Shown piece by piece: positions 20,162 through 30,285 of a stretch of 64,000 nucleotides of DNA; the stretch's first letter is position 1; each line of letters begins with the position of its first letter. The stretch spans positions 4,328 to 68,327 of the forward strand of contig DYEX01000155.1 in NCBI GenBank assembly GCA_020725525.1, written 5' to 3'. Position numbers and translations under genes: made by a program. The DNA is from Desulfovirgula sp. GTDB taxonomy: Bacteria; Bacillota; Desulfotomaculia; Desulfotomaculales; Desulfovirgulaceae. The notes beneath the pieces are model-generated. The model saw only the letters and a list, made by a program, of their open reading frames with translations, was not told where the DNA came from and did not search any database.

Positions 20162-22071
20162 TGCACTCCAATTTTCACCTTTGTTTTTGCTCTGCGCGCC
20201 CCCAGGGCGTTTAAAACGGCATTGACCAACCCATCCACGGTCAGGCCACAGCGAGCCAGCAACACAGCCCGGCTACCGTGCTGGATGAATTCATCGGGAA
20301 TGCCCAGACGGATCACCTGGACGTTGCGCAACCCCCTGTCCCCGAGCAATTCCAGTACGGCACTGCCGAATCCTCCCTGCAGGACGTGCTCTTCTACGGT
20401 AACCACCCGCCTGGTGCGCAGGGCGTGGCGGGTAATGCATTCCTCATCCAGCGGTTTGACAAACCGGGCGTTGATCACCGTGGCATAGATGCCCTGCTGT
20501 TCCAGAAGGGAAGCCGCTTCCCCGGCGAGGGAAACCATTGTACCCACGGCCAGAAGGGTGATATCATCCCCTTCCCGGAGCACCCGGGCCTTTCCCACCG
20601 GCAGGGAGAGGATTTCTTCATCCAGAGGGCACCCCGTACCGGCACTGCGGGGATAACGTAAAACCGCCGGTCCCGGATAATCCAGGGCCGTTTTTAACAT
20701 CTGTCGCAGTTCATTTTCGTCCCCAGGGGCCATGATTATGAGGTTGGGGATGGATCTTAAATAAGCAAAATCAAACACGCCGTGATGGGTGGCTCCATCC
20801 TCCCCAACCAGACCTGCCCGGTCAAGGGCAAAGGTTACCGGCAGGTTCTGCAGGCAGACATCGTGGAGCACCTGGTCGTAGGCCCTTTGCAAAAAGGTGG
20901 AATAAATGGCTACTACGGGTTTTAATCCCCCCGCCGCCAGGCCCGCGCCCAGGGTAACGGCGTGCTGTTCGGCAATACCAACATCATAGAACCGCTCAGG
21001 AAAGGCGTCGGCAAAATGATCCAAACCGGTACCGGAAGGCATGGCCGCAGTAATGGCCACGATGCGCTTGTCCCGGCGGCCGAGTTCCACCAGGGTGCGC
21101 CCAAAAACCTCCGTATAAGAGGGTGGCTGCCCCGGTTTTTTGATTATCTCACCGGTTTCAATTTCAAAGGGACCAACGCCGTGAAATTTATCGGCATTTT
21201 TCTCTGCCGGCGGATAACCCCGTCCCTTGCGTGTAAGCACATGTATCAGTACGGGCCCCCTGGTGGCTTTGGCCTGCTGGAAGACATTGATCATGGCCTG
21301 TATATTGTGCCCGTCAATGGGTCCCAGGTAGATAAATCCCAGTTCCTCAAAGAACATCCCGGGTACCACCAGGTATTTCAGGGAATCCTTTACCCGCTCC
21401 ACCACCTTAACTACCCGGGGACCAATGGCTGGAATGCGCTTTAAAAGCTGTTCCAGCTCCTCCTTGCCTTTCGAATACATGGGATCGGTACGGAGACGGC
21501 CAAGGTATTTGGCCAGTCCTCCCACATTAGGGGCAATGGACATCTCGTTGTCATTTAAGACCACTATTAAACTGGTCTTATGGTGGCCGGCATGGTTTAA
21601 AGCCTCAAAGGCCATCCCGCCGGTCATCGCCCCGTCCCCAATTACGGCCACCACGGAGTGATTTTCGCCCCTTAAGTCCCGGGCCAGGGCCAAACCTAAA
21701 GCGGCGGAAATGGAAGTGCTGCTATGACCGGTGCCGAAGGCATCGTGCTCGCTTTCCTGGGGTCTGGGAAAACCGCTGATGCCGCCAAACTGCCGCAGGG
21801 TGTGAAAATACGGCCGGCGACCGGTAATTAACTTGTGTACATAGCACTGATGGCCTACATCCCAGATAATTTTATCCCGGGGAGTTTGAAAAACCCGGTG
21901 TAAAGCCAGGGTAAGTTCTACCACCCCCAGATTGGGGGCGAGATGGCCACCGTTTTTAGACACCGTTTCGATAATCTCCTGCCGGATTTCGGCAGCCAGC
22001 TGCTTTAAGGCGGCCATATCCAGTGAGCGGAGATCCGCCGGAGAATTAATTGTCGAAAGCAAGTCTCCCAT
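20152..22071 (-). CDS. dxs: 1-deoxy-D-xylulose-5-phosphate synthase
   Basis: [52 protein letters not shown]. Confidence 0.98.
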   Translation of the reverse strand: MGDLLSTINSPADLRSLDMAALKQLAAEIRQEIIETVSKNGGHLAPNLGVVELTLALHRVFQTPRDKIIWDVGHQCYVHKLITGRRPYFHTLRQFGGISGFPRPQESEHDAFGTGHSSTSISAALGLALARDLRGENHSVVAVIGDGAMTGGMAFEALNHAGHHKTSLIVVLNDNEMSIAPNVGGLAKYLGRLRTDPMYSKGKEELEQLLKRIPAIGPRVVKVVERVKDSLKYLVVPGMFFEELGFIYLGPIDGHNIQAMINVFQQAKATRGPVLIHVLTRKGRGYPPAEKNADKFHGVGPFEIETGEIIKKPGQPPSYTEVFGRTLVELGRRDKRIVAITAAMPSGTGLDHFADAFPERFYDVGIAEQHAVTLGAGLAAGGLKPVVAIYSTFLQRAYDQVLHDVCLQNLPVTFALDRAGLVGEDGATHHGVFDFAYLRSIPNLIIMAPGDENELRQMLKTALDYPGPAVLRYPRSAGTGCPLDEEILSLPVGKARVLREGDDITLLAVGTMVSLAGEAASLLEQQGIYATVINARFVKPLDEECITRHALRTRRVVTVEEHVLQGGFGSAVLELLGDRGLRNVQVIRLGIPDEFIQHGSRAVLLARCGLTVDGLVNAVLNALGARRAKTKVKIGVQWP

Positions 22072-22100
22072 CTTTTCTCCTTCCCGTACTTAACCTGGTG

Positions 22101-22703
22101 TTATTTCCCTGCCGGACGGTGCTTTTTCCCAGTTAAACTGATCCCCGTCAGCTGTTCAAAGGCAGCCATTACTTTCCCCACCAGAAAAATTACGTCATTA
22201 GCCCGGGAAATGGCTATGCGCTTGCCGGCTGCCTTACCACCTACCGTAAAGGCAGCAATGAGAGCAGTTACCATCATATTCAACAAGACCTGGCTGATAC
22301 CCTTCCAATAAAGTAAGATTTGCAGAACCAGGGCAATTCCCAGAGCACCGCTTACGGTTCCGGCAATGTCACCGATAACATCGTTACAGATATTGGCCAC
22401 CCGGTCGGCATTCCGGATGAGGAATACCCCTTGCTTTGCTCCACGCACCCGTTTGGCCGCTCTGGCATGGAAGGGGGACTCTTGAGCAGCCGCCACTGCG
22501 GTACCTACGATATCGGCCAGAATACCGGTCAGTATAATTATAATTAAAAAGAGAAAAGATAAAAAAAGACTTTTGACCTTGCTGGCAAGCAATTCAGAAA
22601 ACCAAAAAAATATTACGGCCAGTAGAAAAGAGGCCGTACCCACCCCAAAGACGTACCGGGGGGAAACTGTGGACTTATTGTTACCCAAATACAGCCACCT
22701 CAT
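22101..22703 (-). CDS. oapA: OLE RNA-associated membrane protein OapA (DUF21/CNNM-like)
   Basis: About 200 aa, 4 TM, DIVGTAV...ESPFHARAAKRVRGA and NICNDVIGDIAGTVSGA motifs; directly downstream of OLE RNA and upstream of dxs. Confidence 0.85.
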   Translation of the reverse strand: MRWLYLGNNKSTVSPRYVFGVGTASFLLAVIFFWFSELLASKVKSLFLSFLFLIIIILTGILADIVGTAVAAAQESPFHARAAKRVRGAKQGVFLIRNADRVANICNDVIGDIAGTVSGALGIALVLQILLYWKGISQVLLNMMVTALIAAFTVGGKAAGKRIAISRANDVIFLVGKVMAAFEQLTGISLTGKKHRPAGK

Positions 22704-22734
22704 TCGGGAAGGAAAAATAGTTTATGTAATTAAA

Positions 22735-23333
22735 GGGATAAGTGACAGCAGCGCGGGTAAATATTGTGGCTTAAGGTCCAGCAGGTTTTCCCAAGCAGTC
22801 ACCGGCTGTCGCCAGACCGGCGGTTTCCCCTTCGGACTGCTTCCGGGACGTTGCCGGTCCCGGGGCTGGATTACCACTTAGTCCACACTGCAATCCCCGC
22901 GCTGCCCCGGTTTTACCGGACAGCCTAGGAGTTTTCCCCGACAGGATAGCCTTTTTCTAGCCTCTTTTGCAGTAACGGTTTCAGCCCACCGGTTACCTTC
23001 CCCTGGGCCCATTGGGGATACTTTACCGGCCATAAACGGCATCCACCGCTACCACTCAAGGCAGGCTACACTGCACGCAGCTTTCACCACATGCAGGTTC
23101 ACACCCCAAGCCATAGTACGGCTTTTCGCTTTCCCACGCACTTGGGTCTCCGCGGAGTCAGGGTCCACGCCCGCATGCCTTTGCGGCTCGCCCTCACTCC
23201 TTAACTCCCAGTACCAGCCCCCGACTGGGCGTCAGCAGCCAGCACCAGGAACTTCATCGATGTGCCCGCGACGGATTTTTAGGCCCGCCTTCAAAAAAGG
23301 CATACCTGACTAGGATACTGCATCACTTATCCC
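22735..23333 (-). ncRNA. ole: OLE RNA (ornate large extremophilic RNA), about 600 nt
   Basis: Minus strand carries conserved OLE tracts recalled from B. halodurans OLE: UGCAGUAUCCUAGUCAG, GGGCACAUCGAUGAAGUUCCUGGUGCUGGC, GUGCAGUGUAGCCUGCCUUGAGUGGUA, UGCAAAAGAGGCUA, GGAAAACUCCUAGGCUG, GAUUGCAGUGUGGACUAAGUGGUAAUCCAG; closed by an 11-bp terminal stem (22735-22745 with 23323-23333); ispA-OLE-oapA-dxs synteny. Confidence 0.93.
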
Positions 23334-23359
23334 ACTTTCTATTCTATTTCCGGGAGTGT

Positions 23360-23389
23360 ATTATAGCATAAGTTCTAAAGTAAAAGCAA
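23360..23389 (-). promoter_or_regulatory. sigmaA promoter (extended -10) for OLE RNA-oapA
   Basis: TTGCTT-N18-TATAAT with TGc immediately upstream of -10. Confidence 0.7.
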
Positions 23390-23491
23390 ATGATGCTGCT
23401 GACCGCCAGGGTGACCGCCGGTTGGCAGAGGCTCACTGCTGGTACAATGATCGTTCAAGGTCATTGCCACGCGTTAAATCTCCCTCGCGCT

Positions 23492-24382
23492 CTAGAAATC
23501 CCGGGCGATGACAAACCGGGCCAGCTCCCGCAAAAAGTCGGCGCGCTCATCAAAAGGTTCCAGGGCGGCCAGGGCAGCCGCAACCGCTTCCCTGGCCTTC
23601 GCCCTGGCAGCATCCAGCCCGAAAAGAGCCGGATAAGTAGCCTTCTTGTTTCTTGCGTCGCTGCCCACGGGCTTGCCCAGCCTGGCCGGGTCACCCTCTA
23701 CATCCAGGATGTCGTCCTGAATTTGAAAGGCCAGCCCCAGGTTCTCGGCATAGGTAGTAAGGGGCTGGAGCTGACTTTCCGTTGCGCCGGCTAAAATGGC
23801 CCCCGCCCGTACCGCCACCCGGTACAGCGCCCCGGTTTTATGGCGGTGAATGTACTCCAAAGTGGCGGCATCCACCGGAGTGTCTGCAGCCACAGTGTCC
23901 ACCACCTGCCCGCCAATCAGACCCAGCGTACCGGCAGCCGCCGCTACCTCCTCAATGACCTGCACCACCCGTTCCGCCGGTGCCAGCTGGTTTTGGGCAT
24001 TTTTGGCCAGAAGAACAAAGGCATGGGTTAGCAGGGCGTCCCCCGCCAGGATGGCTACCGCTTCACCATAAACCCTGTGACAGGTCGGCTTTCCCCGCCG
24101 GAAATCATCGTTATCCATGGCCGGCAGGTCGTCATGGATCAGGGAGTAGGTATGGATCAGTTCCAGGGCACAGGCCGCCGGCAATACCCGGCCAGGGTCG
24201 CCGCCTACCGTTTCGGCCGCGGCCAGGGTAAGTACGGGCCGCAGCCGTTTCCCGCCGGCAAAAAGGCTGTACCGCATGGCCTGGTGAATCACGGGCGGAT
24301 AGGTATCTTCAGTCGGCAAAAGCTCATCCAGCGCCCGGTCCACCAGGGCCGCCCTGGCTTTCAGTTCAGTCAAAAAGTCCAA
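23492..24382 (-). CDS. ispA: Geranylgeranyl/farnesyl diphosphate synthase
   Basis: GGKRLRP, HTYSLIHDDLPAMDNDDFRRGKPT, GDALL, GQVVD, KTGAL, FQIQDDILD. Confidence 0.96.
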   Translation of the reverse strand: MDFLTELKARAALVDRALDELLPTEDTYPPVIHQAMRYSLFAGGKRLRPVLTLAAAETVGGDPGRVLPAACALELIHTYSLIHDDLPAMDNDDFRRGKPTCHRVYGEAVAILAGDALLTHAFVLLAKNAQNQLAPAERVVQVIEEVAAAAGTLGLIGGQVVDTVAADTPVDAATLEYIHRHKTGALYRVAVRAGAILAGATESQLQPLTTYAENLGLAFQIQDDILDVEGDPARLGKPVGSDARNKKATYPALFGLDAARAKAREAVAAALAALEPFDERADFLRELARFVIARDF

Positions 24383-24387
24383 TCTGA

Positions 24388-24645
24388 TTACTCCTTCCTC
24401 TCCGGATTGACCAGATCAGCCAGACAGGGATCGGAATCTTTTAATACCGGTTCCCCCTTTTCATTGGCGGTGAGGATGGAAATGCGCTCCTCGACCTTTT
24501 CCAGCTCCTGATGGCAGAAACGCGTAAGGGTAATCCCCTCCCCGAAAAGGGCCAGGGATTTTTCCAGAGGCAACTGTCCTTCTTCCAGTTCCCGTACCAC
24601 TGCTTCCAGCCTGGCCAGCGCTTCTTCAAAGGTTAGTTTTTTCAT
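24388..24645 (-). CDS. xseB: Exodeoxyribonuclease VII small subunit
   Basis: [33 protein letters not shown]. Confidence 0.95.
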   Translation of the reverse strand: MKKLTFEEALARLEAVVRELEEGQLPLEKSLALFGEGITLTRFCHQELEKVEERISILTANEKGEPVLKDSDPCLADLVNPERKE

Positions 24646-24647
24646 GG

Positions 24648-25622
24648 CTATACCTCGCTTTTTAAAAATCTCTTCCGTAATGCCGGGCCGTTTAAATAGT
24701 CGCAGAGTCGCCCCTGGCAGGTGTTCAGTTCTTCCAGCCTGGTTTCAATCCTTTGCTTTACCTGCCACCAGCTTACTCCCCAGTTGGAAAACAGCACCTG
24801 GTCATAGGGACCGCGGCCGACCAGGCGCTGGATGACGATATCCGGATGCAGGTACTCCAGAAAAGTAACCACCCGGTCCACGTATTCCTCCATAGGGATG
24901 ATGGAAAACTCCCCGCGCTGGTACATATCACCCAGCACAGTATCCCGCACAACATAAAGGGAGTGAAGCTTAACATACTGTATATTCAAAACGGAAAGAA
25001 TTTTAGCATTTTCGATCACATCAACCATGTCGTCCCAGGGCAGGTTGAGGATCAGGTGCACGCAGATTTCCAGCTCCCGCTCTCTGATGCGCTGCACCGC
25101 ATCGATAAACTCGGCCAGGGTATGCCCGCGGTTTACCCGTAACAGGGAATGGTAATTGACTGTCTGCAGCCCCAGTTCGATGTCCATAACCAGATTTTTT
25201 TCCCGGCCCACCTGCGCCAGGAAATCCAGGTAACGGTCGTTGATGCAGTCCGGGCGCGTGGAGATAGAAATGCCCACCATATCTTCCCCGCCGGCAGCAG
25301 CCAGGACATATTCCTGAAAGCGGTCAAAAGGCAGGTAAGTATTGGTAAAAGCCTGGAAATAGGCAATGAATTTATCCGCCTTGTAGCGCTTGCGGAAAAA
25401 CTGCCGGTTGGCTGCCAGCTGTTCCTCCACTGAAAGGCTGCTGGGCAGACACTCGAAACCCGCTCCCTGTTCGTCACAAAAAATACAACCGCCCGTACCT
25501 GCGGTGCCGTCCCGGTTGGGGCAGGTTCCGGGAAGGTTGATGGGCAGCTTGTATACTTTGCCTCCAAATTTTTCTTTGAGGTATTCCGAATATACCCGGT
25601 AGCGGGTTTTTTGCACGGACAT
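24648..25622 (-). CDS. mnmL: TIGR01212 family radical SAM protein (YtqA/MnmL, YhcC-like)
   Basis: TCPNRDG...[42 protein letters not shown]. Confidence 0.75.
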   Translation of the reverse strand: MSVQKTRYRVYSEYLKEKFGGKVYKLPINLPGTCPNRDGTAGTGGCIFCDEQGAGFECLPSSLSVEEQLAANRQFFRKRYKADKFIAYFQAFTNTYLPFDRFQEYVLAAAGGEDMVGISISTRPDCINDRYLDFLAQVGREKNLVMDIELGLQTVNYHSLLRVNRGHTLAEFIDAVQRIRERELEICVHLILNLPWDDMVDVIENAKILSVLNIQYVKLHSLYVVRDTVLGDMYQRGEFSIIPMEEYVDRVVTFLEYLHPDIVIQRLVGRGPYDQVLFSNWGVSWWQVKQRIETRLEELNTCQGRLCDYLNGPALRKRFLKSEV

Positions 25623-25735
25623 AGCGGGTCCCCCCTGGCCCTATCTTACCACAAATGGCCGGTGACGCAAATACCTGGACGCGATAGAGCCCAGCACATG
25701 AAAATCTGCCGGTGCGCTGGTCCAGTGGGAAAGAT

Positions 25736-25764
25736 TTGACAAGGAGGGCACCTTTGCTTATCGT
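25736..25764 (+). promoter_or_regulatory. sigmaA-like promoter for the small plus-strand ORF
   Basis: TTGACA-N17-TATCGT. Confidence 0.5.
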
Positions 25765-25787
25765 ATGTAAACAGGGGGGTGGAAAAC

Positions 25788-25922
25788 ATGTCCCGGGTGG
25801 AGCAACTGGTACGGGAGATAGAAGAACTCTCCCTGGAGGAACAAAAAGAGCTGTTCGATCAGCTGGCAGATCTGCTGGACCTGCTGGGCTGGATCAAGCT
25901 AAACGAGGTGACTTTTTATTAA
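25788..25922 (+). CDS. 44-aa acidic antitoxin-like protein, possibly truncated
   Basis: Hand translation MSRVEQLVREIEELSLEEQKELFDQLADLLDLLGWIKLNEVTFY*; GGGGGGT RBS; below the ORF-track size cut-off. Confidence 0.6.
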   Translation: MSRVEQLVREIEELSLEEQKELFDQLADLLDLLGWIKLNEVTFY

Positions 25923-25935
25923 GTTAAAGAAAAGC

Positions 25936-25968
25936 GGGCGGGCCCACCTGTTGATAGTGGACCCGCCT
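25936..25968 (-). terminator. Terminator after fchA
   Basis: GC stem GGCGGGcCCAC/GTGGaCCCGCC, followed by TTTTCTTT on minus strand. Confidence 0.6.
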
Positions 25969-25992
25969 GTCCAGATCCAACCGGAAAAGTTT

Positions 25993-26625
25993 TTACTTCA
26001 TCCTTTCCTCCACCACGGCAACCGCTGCTTCCTTTAAGCGCCTGGCCTCGGAGACGATTTTTTCTTTTTCGGCCAAAATGTTATTGACATAGTCCTGGTC
26101 TTTGATCATGGGGATGTTGATGTCGGCACTCAGAAGTACGGCGTTGATGGCCGCTTCGCATACGTAGGCGGCCACTCCCGCATCGCTGATGGCCATTTTG
26201 TTGCCAATCTTAGCCAGCCTTTCGGTTATCTCCAGGGCCTCCAGGAGAGTGCGGGCTACCTCCATGGGAGTGTCAGTGGCCGTTTTCAGGGCCTTTTGCA
26301 TCAGTTCTTCCCGCCTGGCCTTTTCTTCCTCGGTGTTTTTGGGCATCCGGTAGACTTCCATGAACTTGCCGAAGGCTGCGATATCGGCCGCCACCAGCTT
26401 TTCCAGTTTGTTAATGATAAAATAAGCCGCGCCGGTAATTTCCTTGACCTGGGGCTCCACATCGGCAAACTTGGGCTTACCCACCGTAAGGTTGCCGACC
26501 ATGGCCGTCATGGCCACCCCCAGGGCACCCACCATGGCGGAAACGCTGCCCCCACCGGGAGTTGGAGCATCGGAAGCAGCTACCGCCAGTATCTTGCGAA
26601 AGGGAAAGTCAAAAATCTCACTCAT
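25993..26625 (-). CDS. fchA: Formyl/methenyl-THF cyclohydrolase (cyclodeaminase/cyclohydrolase family)
   Basis: APTPGGGSVSA, DIAAF, NKMAISDAGVA, INIPMIKD. Confidence 0.85.
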   Translation of the reverse strand: MSEIFDFPFRKILAVAASDAPTPGGGSVSAMVGALGVAMTAMVGNLTVGKPKFADVEPQVKEITGAAYFIINKLEKLVAADIAAFGKFMEVYRMPKNTEEEKARREELMQKALKTATDTPMEVARTLLEALEITERLAKIGNKMAISDAGVAAYVCEAAINAVLLSADINIPMIKDQDYVNNILAEKEKIVSEARRLKEAAVAVVEERMK

Positions 26626-26638
26626 CAAGGGCACCTCC

Positions 26639-27490
26639 TTAAATCTTCCCCTGCAGCTTGATGGCTTTGAGCACGTTCTTTTGAATCAGCACGGTGGTCA
26701 GGCTGCCCACACCGCCGGGCACAGGGGTAATGGCCCCGGCTATCTCCCTGGCGTTTTCAAAGTCCACATCACCGCAAATGCCGTCCTCCACCTGGTTGAT
26801 ACCGGCATCCACCACCACTGCTCCGGGTTTGATCATATCGGCCTTGATCATTTTGGGTTTGCCGACGGCGGCAATAAGGATATCGGCCTGGCGGGTATGG
26901 TAGGCCAGATCGACGGTCCTGGTATGGCACACGGTAACGGTGGCATTCTGGTTGAGCATCATGAAGATGAGGGGTTTGCCGACCGTCTCGCCCCGGCCTA
27001 CAATGACGGCATTTTTACCCTTGATTTCAATGCCGGTACGGAGCATGATTTCAATGCAGCTCTGGGGCGTAGCCGGGAACAGACCGTCCCCGCCGCTTAA
27101 AATGTAACCCCGGTTGATGGGGTGGACGCCATCCACGTCCTTTTTCGGCGACACGGCTTCCAAAACCCGCTGCTTGTTCATGTGTTTGGGCAGGGGCAAC
27201 TCAATCATAATCCCGTGTACACTGTCGTCCTTGTTCAAGCGGTCGATGAGCGCCAGCACTTCTTCCTCGGGCGCGTTGCCGGGCAAGGTGAAAAGCTCAA
27301 ACTCGATGCCCACATTGGCACAGGACTTCTCCTTGGACCGGGCATAAACCACGGAGGCCGGATCGTCACCGGCCAGGACCACGGCCAGCTTGGGGATAAT
27401 GCCCCGTTCCCTCAACTGGGCCACTTCGGCCTTAACCTCTTCCCGGATCTCCGCCGCCACCTTTTTCCCATCAATAAGTGTCGCTGCCAT
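26639..27490 (-). CDS. folD: Bifunctional methylene-THF dehydrogenase/cyclohydrolase
   Basis: IDGKKVA, DPASVVY, KDVDGVHP, PATP, ITPVPGGVG. Confidence 0.95.
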   Translation of the reverse strand: MAATLIDGKKVAAEIREEVKAEVAQLRERGIIPKLAVVLAGDDPASVVYARSKEKSCANVGIEFELFTLPGNAPEEEVLALIDRLNKDDSVHGIMIELPLPKHMNKQRVLEAVSPKKDVDGVHPINRGYILSGGDGLFPATPQSCIEIMLRTGIEIKGKNAVIVGRGETVGKPLIFMMLNQNATVTVCHTRTVDLAYHTRQADILIAAVGKPKMIKADMIKPGAVVVDAGINQVEDGICGDVDFENAREIAGAITPVPGGVGSLTTVLIQKNVLKAIKLQGKI

Positions 27491-27511
27491 ATTCAGCCTC
27501 CCCCTTTATAT

Positions 27512-28720
27512 TTACTCTTCTATGGATCCCTCTACCTGACAGAAAAGACGGCCGCGATATAGCTCTACCTGTACCTTCTCCCCCGGTGCAACCTCCCCGG
27601 CCCGCCGCACCACCTCACCGGTGTCCGGACGGGTACAAATGCTGTACCCCCGGGCAAGGGTGGCCAATGGACTCAAAGCCTGTAGCCGTCCGGACAGCAG
27701 GGCCAGGCGGCTTTGCTGGTGCAGGCGGTATTGCTCCATGGCCCGGCTCAAGCGGCGGTACAGATCGTCCACCATTTGTCCCCGGAAACCACAGAGAACA
27801 TCCACCGGGTAGCGGAATACCCTGCTCTGACGGCAGGCATCCAGCCTTGCCCGGCAGGTTTGCAGTTTTTCCCGTATGGCCCGCAACAGGCGCCCTTCCA
27901 AAAGCCCCAGGTACCGGGCCATTTCCTCCCGAACCGGGACCACCATTTCCGCCGCCGCCGAAGGGGTGGGAGCCCGCACATCCGCAACCCAGTCGGCAAT
28001 GGTAAAATCGGTTTCATGGCCGACGGCCGAAATTACCGGGATATCGGAAGCAAAAATGCTCCGGGCCACCACTTCGGTGTTAAAGGCCCACAATTCCTCC
28101 AGGGACCCACCACCGCGGCCGACAATGATCACATCGCAGGCCCTCAGGCGGTTCAGCCAGTACAGTGCCCGGGCCACCTCCCGGGGGGCACTTTCCCCCT
28201 GCACCGGCACGGGCACAAAAACAATCTGCAGGCCCGGCCAGCGCCGGCGGATTATTTTAACCATATCCCGCAGTACCGCTCCAGTGGGCGAAGTAACGAT
28301 GCCGATGCGGCGGGGTAAAAGGGGCAGCTTTTTTTTATGTTGCGGTGCAAACAGGCCCTCTTTTTCCAGTTTTTGCTTCAACTGTTCAAAGGCCAGATAA
28401 AGGGCACCCGTGCCCTCGGGTTCCATCTCTTCCACATATAGCTGGTATGTACCGTCCCGGGGGTAAACCGATACGTAGCCCCGCACACGCACGGCCATCC
28501 CGTCTTCCGGTTGAAAAAGGAGACGGCGCCCCCGGGAACGAAACATTATTGCCTTAATGGAACAGAACTCATCCTTCAGGGTAAAGTAAAGGTGACCGCT
28601 GGCCGCCTGTTTACAGTTGGAAATCTCTCCTTTTACCCAGAGGTTCAGCAAAAGCGGGTCGTTATCCAGAAGGTTTTTGATGTGGCCGGTAAGTTCGCTT
28701 ACGGTAAGCAACTTGAGCAT
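27512..28720 (-). CDS. xseA: Exodeoxyribonuclease VII large subunit
   Basis: WVKGEISN, SGHLYFTLKD, GIVTSPTGA, GRGGGSLEELWAFN, SAVGHETD, RAPTPSAAAE. Confidence 0.96.
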   Translation of the reverse strand: MLKLLTVSELTGHIKNLLDNDPLLLNLWVKGEISNCKQAASGHLYFTLKDEFCSIKAIMFRSRGRRLLFQPEDGMAVRVRGYVSVYPRDGTYQLYVEEMEPEGTGALYLAFEQLKQKLEKEGLFAPQHKKKLPLLPRRIGIVTSPTGAVLRDMVKIIRRRWPGLQIVFVPVPVQGESAPREVARALYWLNRLRACDVIIVGRGGGSLEELWAFNTEVVARSIFASDIPVISAVGHETDFTIADWVADVRAPTPSAAAEMVVPVREEMARYLGLLEGRLLRAIREKLQTCRARLDACRQSRVFRYPVDVLCGFRGQMVDDLYRRLSRAMEQYRLHQQSRLALLSGRLQALSPLATLARGYSICTRPDTGEVVRRAGEVAPGEKVQVELYRGRLFCQVEGSIEE

Positions 28721-28796
28721 CTAACTACAAGCTCCATATAATTCTCACTTTTTGTCTCATTAATTATTGTTAGACAATTACCCTTATTATTAAAAA

Positions 28797-28843
28797 CCCT
28801 CCGGGCGGCGGCCGTCCCCCGCGGCAATAGTGTAGCCGGAGGG
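28797..28843 (-). terminator. Large-loop hairpin after nfnB, probable terminator
   Basis: CCCTCCGG/CCGGAGGG stem, followed by TTTT on minus strand. Confidence 0.45.
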
Positions 28844-28875
28844 AAAGACCGCCGTCCGTTCATCTTTGCTAAAAT

Positions 28876-30285
28876 CTAAGCCTTCTTCTTCATTAAATAA
28901 TCGTGGATGGACCGGGCTGCGATTCGTCCGGCCCCCATGGCCAGGATAACCGTAGCGGCGCCGGTAACCACGTCGCCGCCGGCAAAGACACCGGGCTTGG
29001 AAGTGGCCCCGGTTTGCGGGTCGGCCACAATATTGCCTTTTTTGCCCAGCTCCAGGCCCCTGGTGGTCCTGGGTACCAGCGGGTTGGGAGCCTGGCCGAT
29101 GGCCACTACCACCGTGTCCACATCCATGACAAACTCGGAACCGGGGATGGGCACCGGCCGCCGGCGACCGGATTCATCGGGCTCGCCCAGCTCATAGCGC
29201 AGACACTCCATACCCTTCACCCAGCCGTTTTCGTCCGCCAGAATGCGTACGGGATTGGTTAAAAAGGCAAACTTGATTCCTTCTTCTTTGGCATGTTCCA
29301 CTTCCTCGTGGCGGGCGGGCAGTTCCTTTTCGGAACGCCGGTAAACAATCCAGGACTCTTCCGCCCCCAGCCGCAGGGCAGTACGGGCTGCGTCCATGGC
29401 CACATTGCCGCCGCCAATTACGGCTACTTTCCTGCCCACCTTGATGGGGGTATCCCACTCGGGGAAGAGGTAGGCCTTCATCAAGTTGGTCCGGGTGAGG
29501 AATTCGTTGGCGGAATAAACGCCGCAGGAATTCTCCCCGGGAATGTTCATGAAATACGGCAGGCCGGCACCGGTGCCGATAAATACGGCGTCAAAGCCCT
29601 CTTCCTCCATCAACTCATCCACGGTGGCAAACTTGCCAACCACCGCATTGGTGACGATTTCTACCCCCAGCTTTTTCAGGTTTTCTATCTCTGCCTGCAC
29701 CACCCGTTTAGGCAGGCGGAACTCGGGAATGCCGTACATGAGCACACCGCCGGCTACATGCAGGGCTTCAAAAACGGTCACCCTGTGACCCAGCTTGGCC
29801 AGGTCAGCAGCACAGGTAAGACCCGCCGGGCCGGAACCCACCACCGCCACTTTGAAACCGGTGGGCGGGGCCACCTCCTGGGGCAGCACACCCCGGGCCA
29901 GCTCCCAGTCGGCACAGAAACGTTCCAGACGCCCGATACCCACGGGCTCGTGCTTTTTGCCCAGCGTGCAGTATTTCTCACACTGGTTTTCCTGCGGGCA
30001 AACCCGGCCACACACGGCAGGGAGGGCATTCTTTTCCTTAATCTTTTTGATGGCGCCAGCAAAGTCCCGCTCGGCCACCAGCTTAATAAACGCCGGAATA
30101 TCTACCTCCACCGGACAACCCTGCCGGCAGGGTTCCTTTTTACACTGCAGGCAGCGCTTCGCTTCCGCCACCGCAGTTTCTTCGTCATAACCCAGGGCCA
30201 CTTCGTTGAAATTCCTGATCCGCTCAATGGGATCCTGGGCAGGCATCGGGTGTTTTTTGGGGATTATTTCCTTCTTCTCGGCCAT
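28876..30285 (-). CDS. nfnB: NfnB / homotetrameric GltA-like flavoprotein (large subunit of electron-bifurcating transhydrogenase)
   Basis: RCLQCKKEPCRQGCP, CGRVCPQENQCE, VGSGPAGL, IGGGNVAMD, AGGDVVTGAATVI; start overlaps nfnA stop (TAATG). Confidence 0.88.
   Translation of the reverse strand: MAEKKEIIPKKHPMPAQDPIERIRNFNEVALGYDEETAVAEAKRCLQCKKEPCRQGCPVEVDIPAFIKLVAERDFAGAIKKIKEKNALPAVCGRVCPQENQCEKYCTLGKKHEPVGIGRLERFCADWELARGVLPQEVAPPTGFKVAVVGSGPAGLTCAADLAKLGHRVTVFEALHVAGGVLMYGIPEFRLPKRVVQAEIENLKKLGVEIVTNAVVGKFATVDELMEEEGFDAVFIGTGAGLPYFMNIPGENSCGVYSANEFLTRTNLMKAYLFPEWDTPIKVGRKVAVIGGGNVAMDAARTALRLGAEESWIVYRRSEKELPARHEEVEHAKEEGIKFAFLTNPVRILADENGWVKGMECLRYELGEPDESGRRRPVPIPGSEFVMDVDTVVVAIGQAPNPLVPRTTRGLELGKKGNIVADPQTGATSKPGVFAGGDVVTGAATVILAMGAGRIAARSIHDYLMKKKA

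Noticed and set aside
22735-23333. RNase P RNA or tmRNA as the identity of the long non-coding gap
   Set aside because: No GAGGAAAGUCC / CAGAA..CGGCUUA RNase P signatures and no tRNA-like CCA end; motifs and ispA/oapA synteny fit OLE RNA instead.
23390-23491. Antisense extended -10 (TGgTACAAT) and TGACCGCC duplication between ispA and the OLE promoter
   Set aside because: No properly spaced -35 and the repeat is only 8 bp; could be chance.
25712-25927. 71-aa plus-strand ORF in the track
   Set aside because: The overlapping frame (25788-25922) has the RBS, promoter and protein-like composition.
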